Below, one piece after another: positions 44,161 to 55,927 of a stretch of 64,000 nt of DNA; position 1 is the stretch's first letter, and each line of letters opens with the position of its first letter. The stretch comes from Escherichia coli (GTDB taxonomy: Bacteria; Pseudomonadota; Gammaproteobacteria; Enterobacterales; Enterobacteriaceae): the NCBI RefSeq assembly GCF_003790525.1, contig NZ_CP033635.1, one strand, 5' to 3'. A program made the position numbers and the translations under genes. Below the pieces are notes generated by a model. It had not been told where the DNA came from, searched no databases, and was given only the letters and a program-made list of their open reading frames with translations.

Positions 44161-45042
44161 ACCTAAATGCTCGCCGCCGCACACGCCGTGCACTTCTGCG
44201 GTGACGTAGCTCGATTCCTGACTTGCCAGATAAACATATACAGGGGCCAGTTCCGCCGGTTGCCCCGCACGTTTCATCGGCGTTTGCTGACCAAACTGCG
44301 GGATCTTATCCTGCGTTTGCCCGCCGGAAATTTGCAGTGCTGTCCAGATCGGGCCTGGCGCGACAATATTCACCCGAATACCTTTCTCCGCGAGCTGTTT
44401 TGCCAGGCCTCGGCTGTAGTTCAGAATCGCCGCCTTCGTAGCCGCATAGTCCAGTAAATGCGGGCTTGGCTGGTATGCCTGGATTGACGAAGTGGTGATA
44501 ATACTTGCACCTTTCGGTAGCAGGGGGATCGCTTCCTGGGTTAGCCAGAATAGCGCGAAAACGTTAATGGCAAAGGTCTTTTGAAACTGTTCGCTGGTGA
44601 GGTCTGCAATATCAGGAATGGCAACCTGTTTCCCGGCGACCAGCGCCATAATATCCAGCCCGCCTAAGGCCTTATGCGCTTCGTGAACCAGCGAACGGGC
44701 AAATTTCTCATCGCTTAAATCGCCTGGCAGCAGAACGGCTTTGCGTCCGCATTCTTCAATGATCTTTTTCACATCCTGAGCGTCTTCTTCTTCCACGGGA
44801 AGATAACTGATCGCCACGTCAGCCCCTTCACGCGCGTAAGCGATGGCGGCAGCGCGACCGATTCCGGAATCGCCCCCTGTCACCAGTGCCTTACGATCTT
44901 TCAGGCGACCGCTACCAACATAGATTTTCTCGCCGCAATCCGGTACCGGTGTCATCTTCGCCTGGATGCCTGGCGTCGGTTGTTTCTGTTTGGGATATTC
45001 ACCAGTGTAATACTGCGTGGTCGGGTCTTTTAAATGAGACAT
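44158..45042 (-). CDS. yghA: NADP-dependent short-chain dehydrogenase/reductase YghA
   Basis: 294 aa SDR with [12 protein letters not shown] cofactor motif. Confidence 0.9.
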   Translation of the reverse strand: MSHLKDPTTQYYTGEYPKQKQPTPGIQAKMTPVPDCGEKIYVGSGRLKDRKALVTGGDSGIGRAAAIAYAREGADVAISYLPVEEEDAQDVKKIIEECGRKAVLLPGDLSDEKFARSLVHEAHKALGGLDIMALVAGKQVAIPDIADLTSEQFQKTFAINVFALFWLTQEAIPLLPKGASIITTSSIQAYQPSPHLLDYAATKAAILNYSRGLAKQLAEKGIRVNIVAPGPIWTALQISGGQTQDKIPQFGQQTPMKRAGQPAELAPVYVYLASQESSYVTAEVHGVCGGEHLG

Positions 45043-45163
45043 TGTTTTTCTCCCTTCAGGTTCAACGTCCTTTAAGGGTAGACGCTCTCGATGCGTTGAT
45101 AAGGGAACCAGGAAGATCCCTAAACCTCGGATTTATGCGACAAAGGTTTAACGGATATGTTGA

Positions 45164-45727
<564 letters not shown>

Positions 45728-45734
45728 TCTGATT

Positions 45735-45760
45735 CGGGCGCGGTTCTCGCGCCCGTTATT
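45735..45760. terminator. bidirectional terminator hairpin between yqhA and yghZ
   Basis: Hairpin CGGGCGCG-GTTC-TCGCGCCCG followed by TTATT. Confidence 0.65.
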
Positions 45761-45766
45761 AACAGG

Positions 45767-46807
45767 TCATTTATCGGAAGACGCCTGCCACAGATTCAGC
45801 TCGCCATCGGCGATATGCTGATCAATCTGCGCCAGCTCCTCGGTGCTAAATGTCAGATTATTCAGCGCCTGCACGTTCTCCTCAAGTTGCTCCGCGCGGC
45901 TGGCACCAATCAATACCGACGTCACGCGATCATCTTTCAGCAACCAGCTTAACGCCATTTGCGCCATTGATTGTCCACGCTGCTGTGCCATTTCATTCAA
46001 TAACCGCAGGCTGTTGAGGTTGGCTTCGGTGAGCATTTTCGGCGTCAGACCACGAACTTTATTCCCTTCACGATGCATCCGTGAATCTTGCGGAATGCCG
46101 TTGAGATATTTTCCGGTCAGCAATCCCTGAGCCAGAGGAGTAAAGGCAATGCAGCCCACGCCGTTATTTTGCAGGGTATCCAGCAGGCCGCTTTTATCCA
46201 CCCAGCGGTTCAGTAAATTGTACGAAGGTTGATGAATTAACAGCGGAATTTTCCACTCGCGCAGTAACTCGACCATTTTTTGCGTCCGCTCTGGCGAGTA
46301 AGAGGAGATCCCGACATACAGCGCCTTACCGCTTTGTACCGCATGAGCCAGCGCAGAGGCGGTTTCTTCCATCGGCGTATTTTCATCGACGCGATGAGAG
46401 TAAAAGATATCGACATACTCAAGCCCCATCCGCTTCAGGCTTTGGTCGAGGCTGGCGAGCAGGTATTTACGTGAACCGCCAGAGCCGTAAGGGCCGGGCC
46501 ACATATCGTAGCCAGCCTTGGTAGAGATAATCAGTTCATCGCGATAAGCGGCAAAATCCTCCCGCAGCAGGCGACCAAAGTTCTCTTCTGCGCTTCCTGG
46601 AGGTGGCCCGTAATTGTTGGCTAAATCAAAGTGCGTAATGCCCAAATCAAACGCTTTACGCAGGATCGCACGCTGTGATTCCAGCGCGTTAACGTGACCG
46701 AAATTGTGCCATAAACCGAGCGATAACGCGGGCAGGCGTAAACCGCTTTTTCCGCAATAGCGGTACTGCATCTGCCCGTAACGTTCGGGATTCGCTAACC
46801 AGACCAT
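45767..46807 (-). CDS. yghZ: L-glyceraldehyde 3-phosphate reductase (aldo-keto reductase)
   Basis: 346 aa AKR ORF recognised as YghZ. Confidence 0.9.
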   Translation of the reverse strand: MVWLANPERYGQMQYRYCGKSGLRLPALSLGLWHNFGHVNALESQRAILRKAFDLGITHFDLANNYGPPPGSAEENFGRLLREDFAAYRDELIISTKAGYDMWPGPYGSGGSRKYLLASLDQSLKRMGLEYVDIFYSHRVDENTPMEETASALAHAVQSGKALYVGISSYSPERTQKMVELLREWKIPLLIHQPSYNLLNRWVDKSGLLDTLQNNGVGCIAFTPLAQGLLTGKYLNGIPQDSRMHREGNKVRGLTPKMLTEANLNSLRLLNEMAQQRGQSMAQMALSWLLKDDRVTSVLIGASRAEQLEENVQALNNLTFSTEELAQIDQHIADGELNLWQASSDK

Positions 46808-46963
46808 GACCTCTCCTTTCCACCGTTCAATTTCGAAACAATGTTTCTAGTTTAGCGATTCGCCAGCGCGTATCCCGTAGTCTGGCTCACAGAGTGACGA
46901 AAAACTGGGCGAAAACACGTGCTTATGCTTTGCTTAAAAAAACACCAGTTGAGGAGTGCAACG

Positions 46964-47851
46964 ATGCCGCGTTTAACCGCCAAAGATTTCCCACAAGAGT
47001 TGTTGGATTACTACGACTATTACGCTCACGGGAAAATCTCGAAACGTGAGTTCCTCAACCTTGCGGCGAAGTATGCGGTAGGCGGGATGACGGCATTAGC
47101 GTTGTTTGATTTGCTCAAGCCAAATTATGCGCTGGCGACTCAGGTAGAGTTTACCGACCCGGAGATTGTTGCTGAGTACATCACGTATCCTTCGCCAAAT
47201 GGTCACGGCGAGGTACGGGGTTATCTGGTGAAACCCGCAAAAATGAGCGGCAAAACGCCAGCCGTGGTGGTGGTGCATGAGAATCGTGGACTGAATCCGT
47301 ATATCGAAGATGTGGCACGGCGAGTGGCGAAGGCGGGGTATATCGCCCTGGCACCTGACGGCTTAAGTTCCGTTGGAGGTTATCCGGGAAATGATGATAA
47401 AGGTCGTGAGCTGCAACAGCAGGTTGATCCAACCAAACTGATGAATGATTTCTTTGCCGCAATTGAGTTTATGCAACGCTATCCGCAAGCGACAGGCAAA
47501 GTGGGTATTACCGGATTTTGCTATGGCGGTGGCGTATCGAACGCGGCGGCTGTCGCGTATCCGGAACTGGCCTGCGCGGTGCCGTTTTATGGTCGCCAGG
47601 CACCCACTGCCGATGTGGCGAAGATTGAAGCGCCTTTACTACTCCACTTCGCGGAACTGGACACCCGAATCAACGAGGGCTGGCCTGCTTACGAGGCGGC
47701 GTTGAAAGCCAATAATAAGGTTTATGAGGCGTATATCTATCCGGGGGTTAATCACGGATTCCATAATGATTCCACGCCCCGTTATGACAAATCTGCCGCC
47801 GATCTTGCCTGGCAAAGGACACTGAAATGGTTCGATAAATATCTCTCCTGA
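46964..47851 (+). CDS. yghX: dienelactone hydrolase family protein YghX (intact)
   Basis: ORF 46919-47851 trimmed to ATG at 46964 preceded by GAGGAG; uninterrupted in this sequence; hydrolase motif GFCYGG. Confidence 0.8.
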   Translation: MPRLTAKDFPQELLDYYDYYAHGKISKREFLNLAAKYAVGGMTALALFDLLKPNYALATQVEFTDPEIVAEYITYPSPNGHGEVRGYLVKPAKMSGKTPAVVVVHENRGLNPYIEDVARRVAKAGYIALAPDGLSSVGGYPGNDDKGRELQQQVDPTKLMNDFFAAIEFMQRYPQATGKVGITGFCYGGGVSNAAAVAYPELACAVPFYGRQAPTADVAKIEAPLLLHFAELDTRINEGWPAYEAALKANNKVYEAYIYPGVNHGFHNDSTPRYDKSAADLAWQRTLKWFDKYLS

Positions 47852-47969
47852 TAGGTTTATCTCTTACGGGATTACGTCTTAAACAAGCATGAAAAAATAG
47901 CGTGCGCAAAAGTCGTTCTTTGCCTAAAATATCGCTATATATGACAATATATAGCGAATGAGGTGAACG

Positions 47970-48257
47970 ATGAATAACCATTTTGGTAAAGGCTTAATGG
48001 CGGGATTAAAAGCAACGCATGCCGACAGTGCGGTTAATGTGACAAAATACTGTGCCGATTATAAACGCGGTTTTGTATTAGGCTACTCGCACCGGATGTA
48101 CGAAAAGACCGGAGATCGCCAGCTCAGCGCCTGGGAAGCGGGTATTCTGACGCGCCGCTATGGACTGGATAAAGAGATGGTAATGGATTTCTTTCGTGAG
48201 AATAATTCCTGTTCTACGTTGCGCTTTTTTATGGCCGGTTATCGCCTCGAAAATTGA
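47970..48257 (+). CDS. yghW: DUF2623 family protein YghW
   Basis: 95 aa ORF recognised as YghW. Confidence 0.85.
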   Translation: MNNHFGKGLMAGLKATHADSAVNVTKYCADYKRGFVLGYSHRMYEKTGDRQLSAWEAGILTRRYGLDKEMVMDFFRENNSCSTLRFFMAGYRLEN

Positions 48258-48445
48258 TCAAACATACGTATTATCTTGCTTTAATTAATTACACTAATGC
48301 TTCTTCCCTTCGTTTTAGCGCCCCGCCGCAGTATCATGATATCGATAACCATAATAAATGTGTGGTAAATGGCGCATCGATCGCATTATTGATTTTGCGA
48401 TTGAGGCAAAATATATGCCAGGTCTTCGCAACGGAATAACTATAA

Positions 48446-49564
48446 ATGACTGGAGATAACACCCTCATCCATTCTCACGGCATTAACCGTCGTGATTTCA
48501 TGAAGCTTTGTGCAGCATTAGCCGCCACCATGGGGTTAAGTAGCAAAGCCGCTGCAGAGATGGCCGAATCGGTTACTAACCCGCAGCGTCCGCCAGTTAT
48601 CTGGATTGGCGCGCAGGAGTGCACCGGTTGTACGGAATCTCTGCTTCGTGCAACGCATCCAACGGTAGAAAACCTCGTGCTGGAGACTATCTCTCTGGAG
48701 TATCACGAAGTGCTTTCCGCCGCCTTCGGTCATCAGGTCGAAGAGAACAAACATAACGCACTTGAGAAGTACAAAGGGCAGTATGTGTTGGTTGTGGATG
48801 GTTCCATCCCATTAAAAGATAACGGTATTTATTGCATGGTTGCTGGTGAGCCGATTGTGGATCACATCCGCAAAGCGGCAGAAGGCGCAGCAGCGATTAT
48901 CGCTATCGGTTCCTGCTCTGCGTGGGGCGGTGTTGCCGCAGCTGGAGTTAACCCAACTGGCGCAGTCAGCCTGCAAGAAGTTCTGCCAGGCAAAACCGTT
49001 ATCAATATTCCGGGCTGCCCGCCGAACCCGCACAACTTCCTCGCGACCGTTGCGCACATCATCACTTACGGCAAACCGCCGAAACTGGATGACAAAAATC
49101 GTCCGACCTTCGCCTATGGCCGTCTGATTCACGAACACTGCGAACGTCGCCCGCACTTCGATGCTGGTCGTTTTGCCAAAGAGTTCGGTGATGAAGGCCA
49201 CCGCGAAGGCTGGTGCCTGTACCACCTCGGCTGTAAAGGGCCAGAAACTTACGGCAACTGCTCAACGCTGCAATTCTGCGATGTTGGCGGTGTGTGGCCG
49301 GTGGCGATTGGTCACCCGTGCTATGGCTGTAACGAAGAAGGTATCGGCTTCCATAAAGGCATCCATCAGCTTGCCAACGTCGAAAACCAGACTCCGCGTT
49401 CACAGAAACCGGATGTTAACGCTAAAGAAGGCGGCAACGTCTCGGCAGGCGCTATTGGTTTGCTCGGCGGTGTGGTTGGGCTGGTTGCCGGTGTCAGCGT
49501 GATGGCGGTTCGTGAACTGGGTCGTCAGCAAAAGAAAGATAACGCTGACTCACGGGGAGAATAA
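48446..49564 (+). CDS. hybO: hydrogenase 2 small subunit
   Basis: 372 aa; Tat signal ([16 protein letters not shown]), [NiFe] hydrogenase small-subunit Cys motifs. Confidence 0.95.
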   Translation: MTGDNTLIHSHGINRRDFMKLCAALAATMGLSSKAAAEMAESVTNPQRPPVIWIGAQECTGCTESLLRATHPTVENLVLETISLEYHEVLSAAFGHQVEENKHNALEKYKGQYVLVVDGSIPLKDNGIYCMVAGEPIVDHIRKAAEGAAAIIAIGSCSAWGGVAAAGVNPTGAVSLQEVLPGKTVINIPGCPPNPHNFLATVAHIITYGKPPKLDDKNRPTFAYGRLIHEHCERRPHFDAGRFAKEFGDEGHREGWCLYHLGCKGPETYGNCSTLQFCDVGGVWPVAIGHPCYGCNEEGIGFHKGIHQLANVENQTPRSQKPDVNAKEGGNVSAGAIGLLGGVVGLVAGVSVMAVRELGRQQKKDNADSRGE

Positions 49565-49566
49565 CC

Positions 49567-50553
49567 GTGAACAGACGTAATTTTATTAAAGCAGCCTCCT
49601 GCGGGGCATTGCTGACGGGCGCGCTGCCGTCTGTCAGTCATGCGGCTGCTGAAAACCGCCCGCCAATTCCGGGATCGCTGGGGATGTTGTACGACTCGAC
49701 CTTGTGCGTTGGCTGCCAGGCGTGCGTCACCAAGTGTCAGGATATCAACTTCCCTGAACGTAACCCGCAAGGGGAACAGACCTGGTCGAACAACGACAAA
49801 CTGTCGCCGTACACCAATAACATCATTCAGGTGTGGACCAGCGGCACAGGGGTCAACAAAGACCAGGAGGAGAATGGCTACGCGTACATTAAGAAACAGT
49901 GTATGCATTGCGTCGATCCGAACTGTGTCTCTGTGTGCCCGGTCTCTGCACTAAAAAAAGATCCGAAAACCGGCATTGTCCATTACGACAAAGATGTGTG
50001 CACCGGCTGCCGTTACTGCATGGTCGCCTGCCCATACAATGTGCCGAAGTACGACTACAACAACCCGTTTGGTGCGCTGCATAAGTGCGAGCTGTGCAAC
50101 CAGAAAGGTGTGGAACGTCTCGATAAAGGCGGTCTGCCTGGCTGCGTAGAAGTGTGCCCGGCGGGCGCGGTGATTTTCGGTACGCGTGAAGAGCTGATGG
50201 CGGAGGCGAAAAAACGTCTGGCGCTGAAGCCTGGCAGCGAATACCACTATCCGCGTCAGACGCTGAAATCTGGCGACACTTACCTGCATACGGTGCCGAA
50301 ATATTATCCGCATCTGTACGGCGAGAAAGAGGGCGGCGGTACTCAGGTTCTGGTACTGACGGGTGTGCCTTATGAAAATCTCGACCTGCCGAAACTGGAC
50401 GATCTTTCTACCGGTGCGCGTTCCGAAAATATTCAACACACCCTGTATAAAGGCATGATGCTACCACTGGCTGTGCTGGCGGGCTTAACCGTGCTGGTTC
50501 GTCGCAACACCAAAAACGACCATCACGACGGAGGAGACGATCATGAGTCATGA
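49567..50553 (+). CDS. hybA: hydrogenase 2 iron-sulfur ferredoxin-type subunit
   Basis: 328 aa; Tat signal and multiple CxxCxxC 4Fe-4S motifs. Confidence 0.95.
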
Positions 50554-51721
50554 TCCACAACCGCTGGGCGGCAAAATCATCAGTAAACCGGTCATGATTT
50601 TTGGACCGTTAATCGTCATCTGTATGCTCCTGATTGTGAAGCGTCTGGTGTTCGGTCTGGGCTCAGTCTCTGACCTGAACGGCGGCTTCCCGTGGGGCGT
50701 GTGGATCGCGTTTGACCTGCTGATCGGCACCGGCTTTGCCTGTGGCGGCTGGGCGCTGGCGTGGGCGGTATACGTCTTTAACCGTGGGCAATACCATCCG
50801 CTGGTGCGTCCGGCGCTGTTGGCGAGTCTGTTTGGTTACTCACTGGGTGGCTTGTCGATCACTATTGACGTGGGTCGCTACTGGAACCTGCCGTACTTCT
50901 ACATTCCGGGTCACTTCAACGTGAACTCGGTACTGTTCGAGACGGCGGTCTGTATGACCATCTACATCGGCGTGATGGCACTGGAGTTTGCTCCAGCACT
51001 GTTTGAACGTCTGGGCTGGAAGGTGTCGCTACAGCGTCTGAACAAGGTTATGTTCTTCATCATTGCACTTGGCGCGCTGCTGCCGACCATGCACCAGTCT
51101 TCAATGGGGTCGCTGATGATCTCGGCGGGCTACAAGGTGCATCCGTTGTGGCAGAGCTATGAAATGTTGCCGTTGTTCTCGCTGCTGACGGCGTTCATCA
51201 TGGGCTTCTCGATTGTCATCTTTGAAGGTTCGCTGGTGCAGGCGGGTCTGCGTGGCAACGGTCCGGATGAAAAGAGTCTGTTCGTTAAGCTGACCAACAC
51301 CATCAGTGTGTTGCTGGCGATTTTCATCGTGCTGCGCTTTGGCGAGCTTATCTATCGCGACAAGCTGTCGTTAGCGTTTGCCGGTGACTTCTATTCCGTG
51401 ATGTTCTGGATTGAAGTCCTGCTGATGCTCTTCCCGCTGGTCGTTCTGCGTGTGGCGAAGCTGCGTAATGATTCCCGCATGCTGTTCCTGTCAGCACTGA
51501 GCGCGCTGTTAGGTTGTGCAACCTGGCGTCTGACCTATTCGCTGGTGGCATTCAACCCGGGTGGCGGTTACGCCTACTTCCCGACCTGGGAAGAACTGTT
51601 GATTTCTATTGGTTTTGTGGCTATTGAGATTTGCGCTTACATCGTACTCATTCGTCTACTGCCGATACTTCCTCCTTTAAAACAAAACGATCATAATCGT
51701 CATGAGGCGAGCAAAGCATGA
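50543..51721 (+). CDS. hybB: hydrogenase 2 membrane anchor subunit (NrfD/PsrC-like)
   Basis: 392 aa polytopic ORF overlapping hybA by 11 nt. Confidence 0.95.
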
Positions 51722-53421
51722 GCCAGAGAATTACTATTGATCCGGTAACCCGTATTGAAGGGCATTTACGCATCGATTGCGAAATCGAAAATGGCGTCGT
51801 TTCGAAAGCATGGGCTTCCGGTACCATGTGGCGCGGCATGGAAGAGATCGTGAAAAACCGCGATCCGCGCGATGCATGGATGATTGTGCAACGTATCTGT
51901 GGCGTATGTACTACCACTCACGCGCTGTCTTCCGTTCGTGCGGCAGAAAGTGCACTGAATATCGACGTTCCGGTTAACGCGCAATACATCCGTAACATCA
52001 TTCTGGCTGCGCACACCACGCATGACCATATCGTTCATTTCTATCAGCTCTCGGCGCTGGACTGGGTGGACATCACTTCTGCACTGCAAGCTGACCCAAC
52101 CAAAGCCTCCGAAATGCTGAAAGGTGTTTCGACCTGGCACCTGAACAGCCCGGAAGAGTTCACCAAAGTTCAGAACAAGATTAAAGATCTGGTTGCCAGC
52201 GGTCAGTTGGGGATTTTCGCCAATGGCTACTGGGGTCACCCGGCGATGAAACTGCCGCCAGAAGTGAACCTGATTGCGGTAGCGCACTACCTGCAGGCGC
52301 TGGAGTGCCAGCGTGACGCTAACCGCGTCGTGGCGCTGCTGGGCGGTAAAACGCCACACATTCAGAACCTGGCGGTAGGTGGGGTCGCTAACCCAATCAA
52401 CCTCGACGGTCTGGGCGTGCTGAACCTTGAGCGCCTGATGTACATCAAGTCTTTCATCGATAAACTGAGCGACTTTGTTGAGCAGGTTTATAAGGTTGAT
52501 ACCGCGGTTATCGCCGCGTTCTACCCGGAATGGCTGACGCGCGGTAAAGGTGCGGTGAACTACCTGAGCGTGCCGGAATTCCCGACCGACAGCAAAAACG
52601 GCAGCTTCCTGTTCCCGGGCGGCTACATTGAGAATGCGGATCTGTCCTCGTATCGCCCGATCACTTCCCACTCCGATGAATACCTGATTAAAGGCATTCA
52701 GGAGAGCGCGAAGCACTCCTGGTATAAAGACGAAGCGCCGCAGGCACCGTGGGAAGGTACCACCATTCCGGCTTATGATGGTTGGTCTGACGACGGTAAA
52801 TATTCCTGGGTGAAATCACCGACTTTCTACGGCAAAACGGTAGAAGTGGGTCCGCTGGCTAACATGCTGGTGAAACTGGCGGCAGGACGCGAGTCTACCC
52901 AGAACAAACTGAATGAAATCGTTGCGATTTATCAGAAACTGACTGGCAACACGCTGGAAGTGGCGCAGCTGCACTCCACGCTGGGCCGTATTATTGGTCG
53001 TACCGTTCACTGCTGTGAATTGCAGGATATCCTGCAAAATCAATACAGTGCACTGATCACCAATATCGGCAAAGGCGATCACACCACCTTTGTGAAGCCG
53101 AACATTCCGGCAACGGGTGAGTTCAAAGGCGTAGGTTTCCTCGAAGCACCGCGCGGTATGCTCTCTCACTGGATGGTTATTAAAGACGGTATCATCAGCA
53201 ACTACCAGGCGGTTGTTCCATCAACCTGGAACTCTGGTCCGCGTAACTTCAATGATGACGTCGGTCCTTACGAGCAGTCGCTGGTGGGTACGCCGGTTGC
53301 CGATCCGAATAAACCGCTGGAAGTGGTGCGTACCATTCACTCCTTCGACCCGTGCATGGCCTGTGCGGTACACGTAGTGGATGCTGACGGCAACGAAGTG
53401 GTTTCAGTGAAGGTTCTGTAA
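51718..53421 (+). CDS. hybC: hydrogenase 2 large subunit
   Basis: 567 aa; N-terminal RICGVCTTTH and C-terminal DPCMACAVH nickel-binding motifs. Confidence 0.96.
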   Translation: MSQRITIDPVTRIEGHLRIDCEIENGVVSKAWASGTMWRGMEEIVKNRDPRDAWMIVQRICGVCTTTHALSSVRAAESALNIDVPVNAQYIRNIILAAHTTHDHIVHFYQLSALDWVDITSALQADPTKASEMLKGVSTWHLNSPEEFTKVQNKIKDLVASGQLGIFANGYWGHPAMKLPPEVNLIAVAHYLQALECQRDANRVVALLGGKTPHIQNLAVGGVANPINLDGLGVLNLERLMYIKSFIDKLSDFVEQVYKVDTAVIAAFYPEWLTRGKGAVNYLSVPEFPTDSKNGSFLFPGGYIENADLSSYRPITSHSDEYLIKGIQESAKHSWYKDEAPQAPWEGTTIPAYDGWSDDGKYSWVKSPTFYGKTVEVGPLANMLVKLAAGRESTQNKLNEIVAIYQKLTGNTLEVAQLHSTLGRIIGRTVHCCELQDILQNQYSALITNIGKGDHTTFVKPNIPATGEFKGVGFLEAPRGMLSHWMVIKDGIISNYQAVVPSTWNSGPRNFNDDVGPYEQSLVGTPVADPNKPLEVVRTIHSFDPCMACAVHVVDADGNEVVSVKVL

Positions 53422-53915
53422 TGCGTATTTTAGTCTTAGGGGTCGGCAATATTTTGCTGACCGATGAAGCCATCGGCGTGCGGATTGTCGAAGCGTTAGA
53501 GCAACGATACATTCTGCCGGATTATGTTGAGATCCTCGATGGCGGCACGGCGGGAATGGAGCTGCTTGGCGACATGGCAAATCGCGATCATCTGATTATT
53601 GCGGATGCCATTGTGTCGAAAAAGAACGCGCCGGGAACGATGATGATCCTGCGGGATGAAGAAGTTCCGGCGTTGTTTACCAACAAAATCTCTCCGCATC
53701 AGCTTGGCCTGGCCGACGTATTGTCGGCCCTGCGCTTCACCGGCGAGTTTCCGAAAAAGCTGACCCTGGTCGGCGTGATCCCGGAATCACTGGAGCCACA
53801 CATCGGCTTAACGCCGACGGTCGAAGCGATGATTGAACCTGCGCTTGAGCAGGTTCTGGCTGCGCTGCGCGAATCAGGCGTGGAAGCTATCCCACGGGAG
53901 GCGATTCATGACTGA
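53421..53915 (+). CDS. hybD: hydrogenase 2 maturation endopeptidase
   Basis: 164 aa MRILVLGVGNILLTDEAIG... HybD/HyaD family; start overlaps hybC stop. Confidence 0.93.
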   Translation: MRILVLGVGNILLTDEAIGVRIVEALEQRYILPDYVEILDGGTAGMELLGDMANRDHLIIADAIVSKKNAPGTMMILRDEEVPALFTNKISPHQLGLADVLSALRFTGEFPKKLTLVGVIPESLEPHIGLTPTVEAMIEPALEQVLAALRESGVEAIPREAIHD

Positions 53916-54396
53916 AGAGATAGCAGGTTTCCAGACCTCCCCGAAGGCGCAAGTACAGGCAGCGTTTGAAGAAATTGCCCGGCGTTCGATGCACGATCTC
54001 TCTTTTCTGCATCCTTCAATGCCGGTGTATGTTTCTGACTTTACGCTGTTCGAAGGTCAGTGGACGGGGTGTGTGATCACCCCGTGGATGCTGAGTGCAG
54101 TTATCTTCCCCGGCCCGGATCAACTCTGGCCGCTGCGCAAAGTGAGTGAAAAAATTGGTCTGCAACTGCCGTATGGCACTATGACCTTTACCGTTGGCGA
54201 ACTGGACAGTGTTTCGCAATACCTCTCCTGCTCGCTGATGTCGCCGCTTTCGCACAGCATGTCGATTGAAGAGGGCCAACGGCTGACGGATGACTGCGCC
54301 CGAATGATCCTTTCGCTGCCAGTCACCAATCCGGATGTACCACACGCAGGGCGTCGTGCCCTGCTATTTGGCCGCAGGAGTGGCGAAAATGCATGA
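53908..54396 (+). CDS. hybE: hydrogenase 2-specific chaperone
   Basis: ORF 53833-54396 trimmed to ATG at 53908 (162 aa) overlapping hybD stop by 8 nt. Confidence 0.88.
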   Translation: MTEEIAGFQTSPKAQVQAAFEEIARRSMHDLSFLHPSMPVYVSDFTLFEGQWTGCVITPWMLSAVIFPGPDQLWPLRKVSEKIGLQLPYGTMTFTVGELDSVSQYLSCSLMSPLSHSMSIEEGQRLTDDCARMILSLPVTNPDVPHAGRRALLFGRRSGENA

Positions 54397-54730
54397 GTTG
54401 TCGCTTTGCCAGAGCGCCGTTGAAATTATCCAACGGCAGGCGGAGCAGCACGATGTTAAGCGCGTCACCGCCGTGTGGCTGGAAATTGGTGCGCTCTCCT
54501 GCGTTGAGGAGAGTGCCGTCCGTTTTAGTTTTGAAATTGTCTGCCACGGAACGGTGGCGCAAGGGTGCGATTTACATATCGTCTATAAACCCGCCCAGGC
54601 CTGGTGCTGGGATTGCAGCCAGGTGGTGGAGATTCATCAGCACGATGCGCAGTGTCCGATCTGTCATGGCGAGCGGTTGCGTGTCGATACCGGCGATTCG
54701 CTGATCGTCAAAAGTATTGAAGTTGAATAA
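54389..54730 (+). CDS. hybF: hydrogenase nickel incorporation protein (HypA-like)
   Basis: ORF 54335-54730 trimmed to ATG at 54389 (MHELSLCQSAVEII...), 113 aa with CxxC...CxxC zinc motif. Confidence 0.9.
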   Translation: MHELSLCQSAVEIIQRQAEQHDVKRVTAVWLEIGALSCVEESAVRFSFEIVCHGTVAQGCDLHIVYKPAQAWCWDCSQVVEIHQHDAQCPICHGERLRVDTGDSLIVKSIEVE

Positions 54731-54742
54731 CCGGAGTTAACA

Positions 54743-54991
54743 ATGTGTATTGGCGTTCCAGGCCAGGTGCTGGCTGTCGGTGAAGATATTCACCAGCTTG
54801 CGCAGGTTGAAGTATGTGGTATCAAGCGCGACGTGAATATCGCCCTGATTTGTGAAGGTAACCCTGCCGATCTGCTGGGCCAGTGGGTACTGGTACACGT
54901 CGGATTTGCCATGAGCATTATCGATGAAGACGAAGCCAAAGCCACATTAGACGCACTGCGCCAAATGGATTACGACATTACCAGCGCGTGA
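54743..54991 (+). CDS. hybG: hydrogenase maturation factor (HypC-like)
   Basis: 82 aa; N-terminal MCIGVPGQV with Cys2 characteristic of HypC family. Confidence 0.92.
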
Positions 54992-54999
54992 TGATTAAA

Positions 55000-55033
55000 G
55001 CCGGATGCGGCGTAAATGCTTTATCCGGCTACA
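55000..55033. repeat. REP (repetitive extragenic palindromic) element
   Basis: GCCGGATGCGGCGTAAATGCTTTATCCGGCTACA matches the canonical E. coli REP/PU consensus; between convergent hybG and yghU. Confidence 0.8.
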
Positions 55034-55060
55034 TAGCGATAAGCCTGCCAATGTTGCGAC

Positions 55061-55927
55061 TTACCCCTGACGCTTATCTTCCGTATTCGTCTCGAAATCA
55101 CTGGCGTCATGGCGCTCATGCAACTGCTCGTTCAGCGGCCCGTTGGTGCGGTTAACAATACGCCCACGCTTCACCGCCGGACGTTCGCCCACTTCTTTCG
55201 CCCAGCGTTGTACGTGTTTATAACTTCCCGCATCAAGAAACTCTGCGGCATCATACACGCCGCCTAACACCACGTTGCCAAACCACGGCCAGATCGCCAT
55301 ATCCGCAATGGTGTACTCATCGCCCGCAACAAACTTGTGCTGCGCCAGTTGCTTATCCAGCACGTCGAGCAGGCGCTTGGCTTCCATGGTAAAGCGGTTG
55401 ATGGCGTACTCAATTTTCACCGGCGCGTAATGGTAAAAGTGACCAAAACCACCGCCGAGGAACGGTGCCGCGCCCTGTAACCAGAACAGCCAGTTCAGCG
55501 TTTCAGTCCGTTTTGCCAGATCCTGCGGCAGGAAGTAGCCAAATTTCTCCGCCAGATAAAGCAGAATCGATCCAGACTCAAACACGCGGATCGGTGGATT
55601 ATGGGTATGGTCGCGCAATGCCGGGATCTTCGAGTTTGGGTTCACTTCGACAAAGCCGCTGGAGAATTGATCGCCATCGCCAATACGAATCAGCCAGGCG
55701 TCGTACTCTGCACCAGTAACGCCCAGCGCCAGCAGCTCCTCAAGCATAATCGTTACTTTCTGTCCGTTTGGCGTTCCCAGCGAATAGAGTTGCAGCGGAT
55801 GTTTGCCCACCGGCAGCGTTTTTTCATGCGTCGGACCAGAAACCGGGCGATTGATATTGGCGAACGCGCCGCCAGCGGATTTATCCCACGTCCAGACTTT
55901 CGCGGGCTGATAAGTATTGTCTGTCAT
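55061..55927 (-). CDS. yghU: glutathione S-transferase-like disulfide reductase YghU
   Basis: ORF 55061-55975 trimmed to ATG at 55927 (MTDNTYQPAKVWTWDKSAGG...), 288 aa. Confidence 0.9.
   Translation of the reverse strand: MTDNTYQPAKVWTWDKSAGGAFANINRPVSGPTHEKTLPVGKHPLQLYSLGTPNGQKVTIMLEELLALGVTGAEYDAWLIRIGDGDQFSSGFVEVNPNSKIPALRDHTHNPPIRVFESGSILLYLAEKFGYFLPQDLAKRTETLNWLFWLQGAAPFLGGGFGHFYHYAPVKIEYAINRFTMEAKRLLDVLDKQLAQHKFVAGDEYTIADMAIWPWFGNVVLGGVYDAAEFLDAGSYKHVQRWAKEVGERPAVKRGRIVNRTNGPLNEQLHERHDASDFETNTEDKRQG

Noticed and set aside
48253-48445. Possible FNR site (TTGATCAAAC, TTGATTTTGCGATTGA) in the hyb promoter
   Set aside because: Neither matches the TTGAT-N4-ATCAA spacing convincingly; the hyb promoter is anaerobically regulated but I cannot place the site by eye.
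51766-52716. 316 aa minus-strand ORF
   Set aside because: Antisense within hybC; sense-strand large-subunit motifs are unambiguous.
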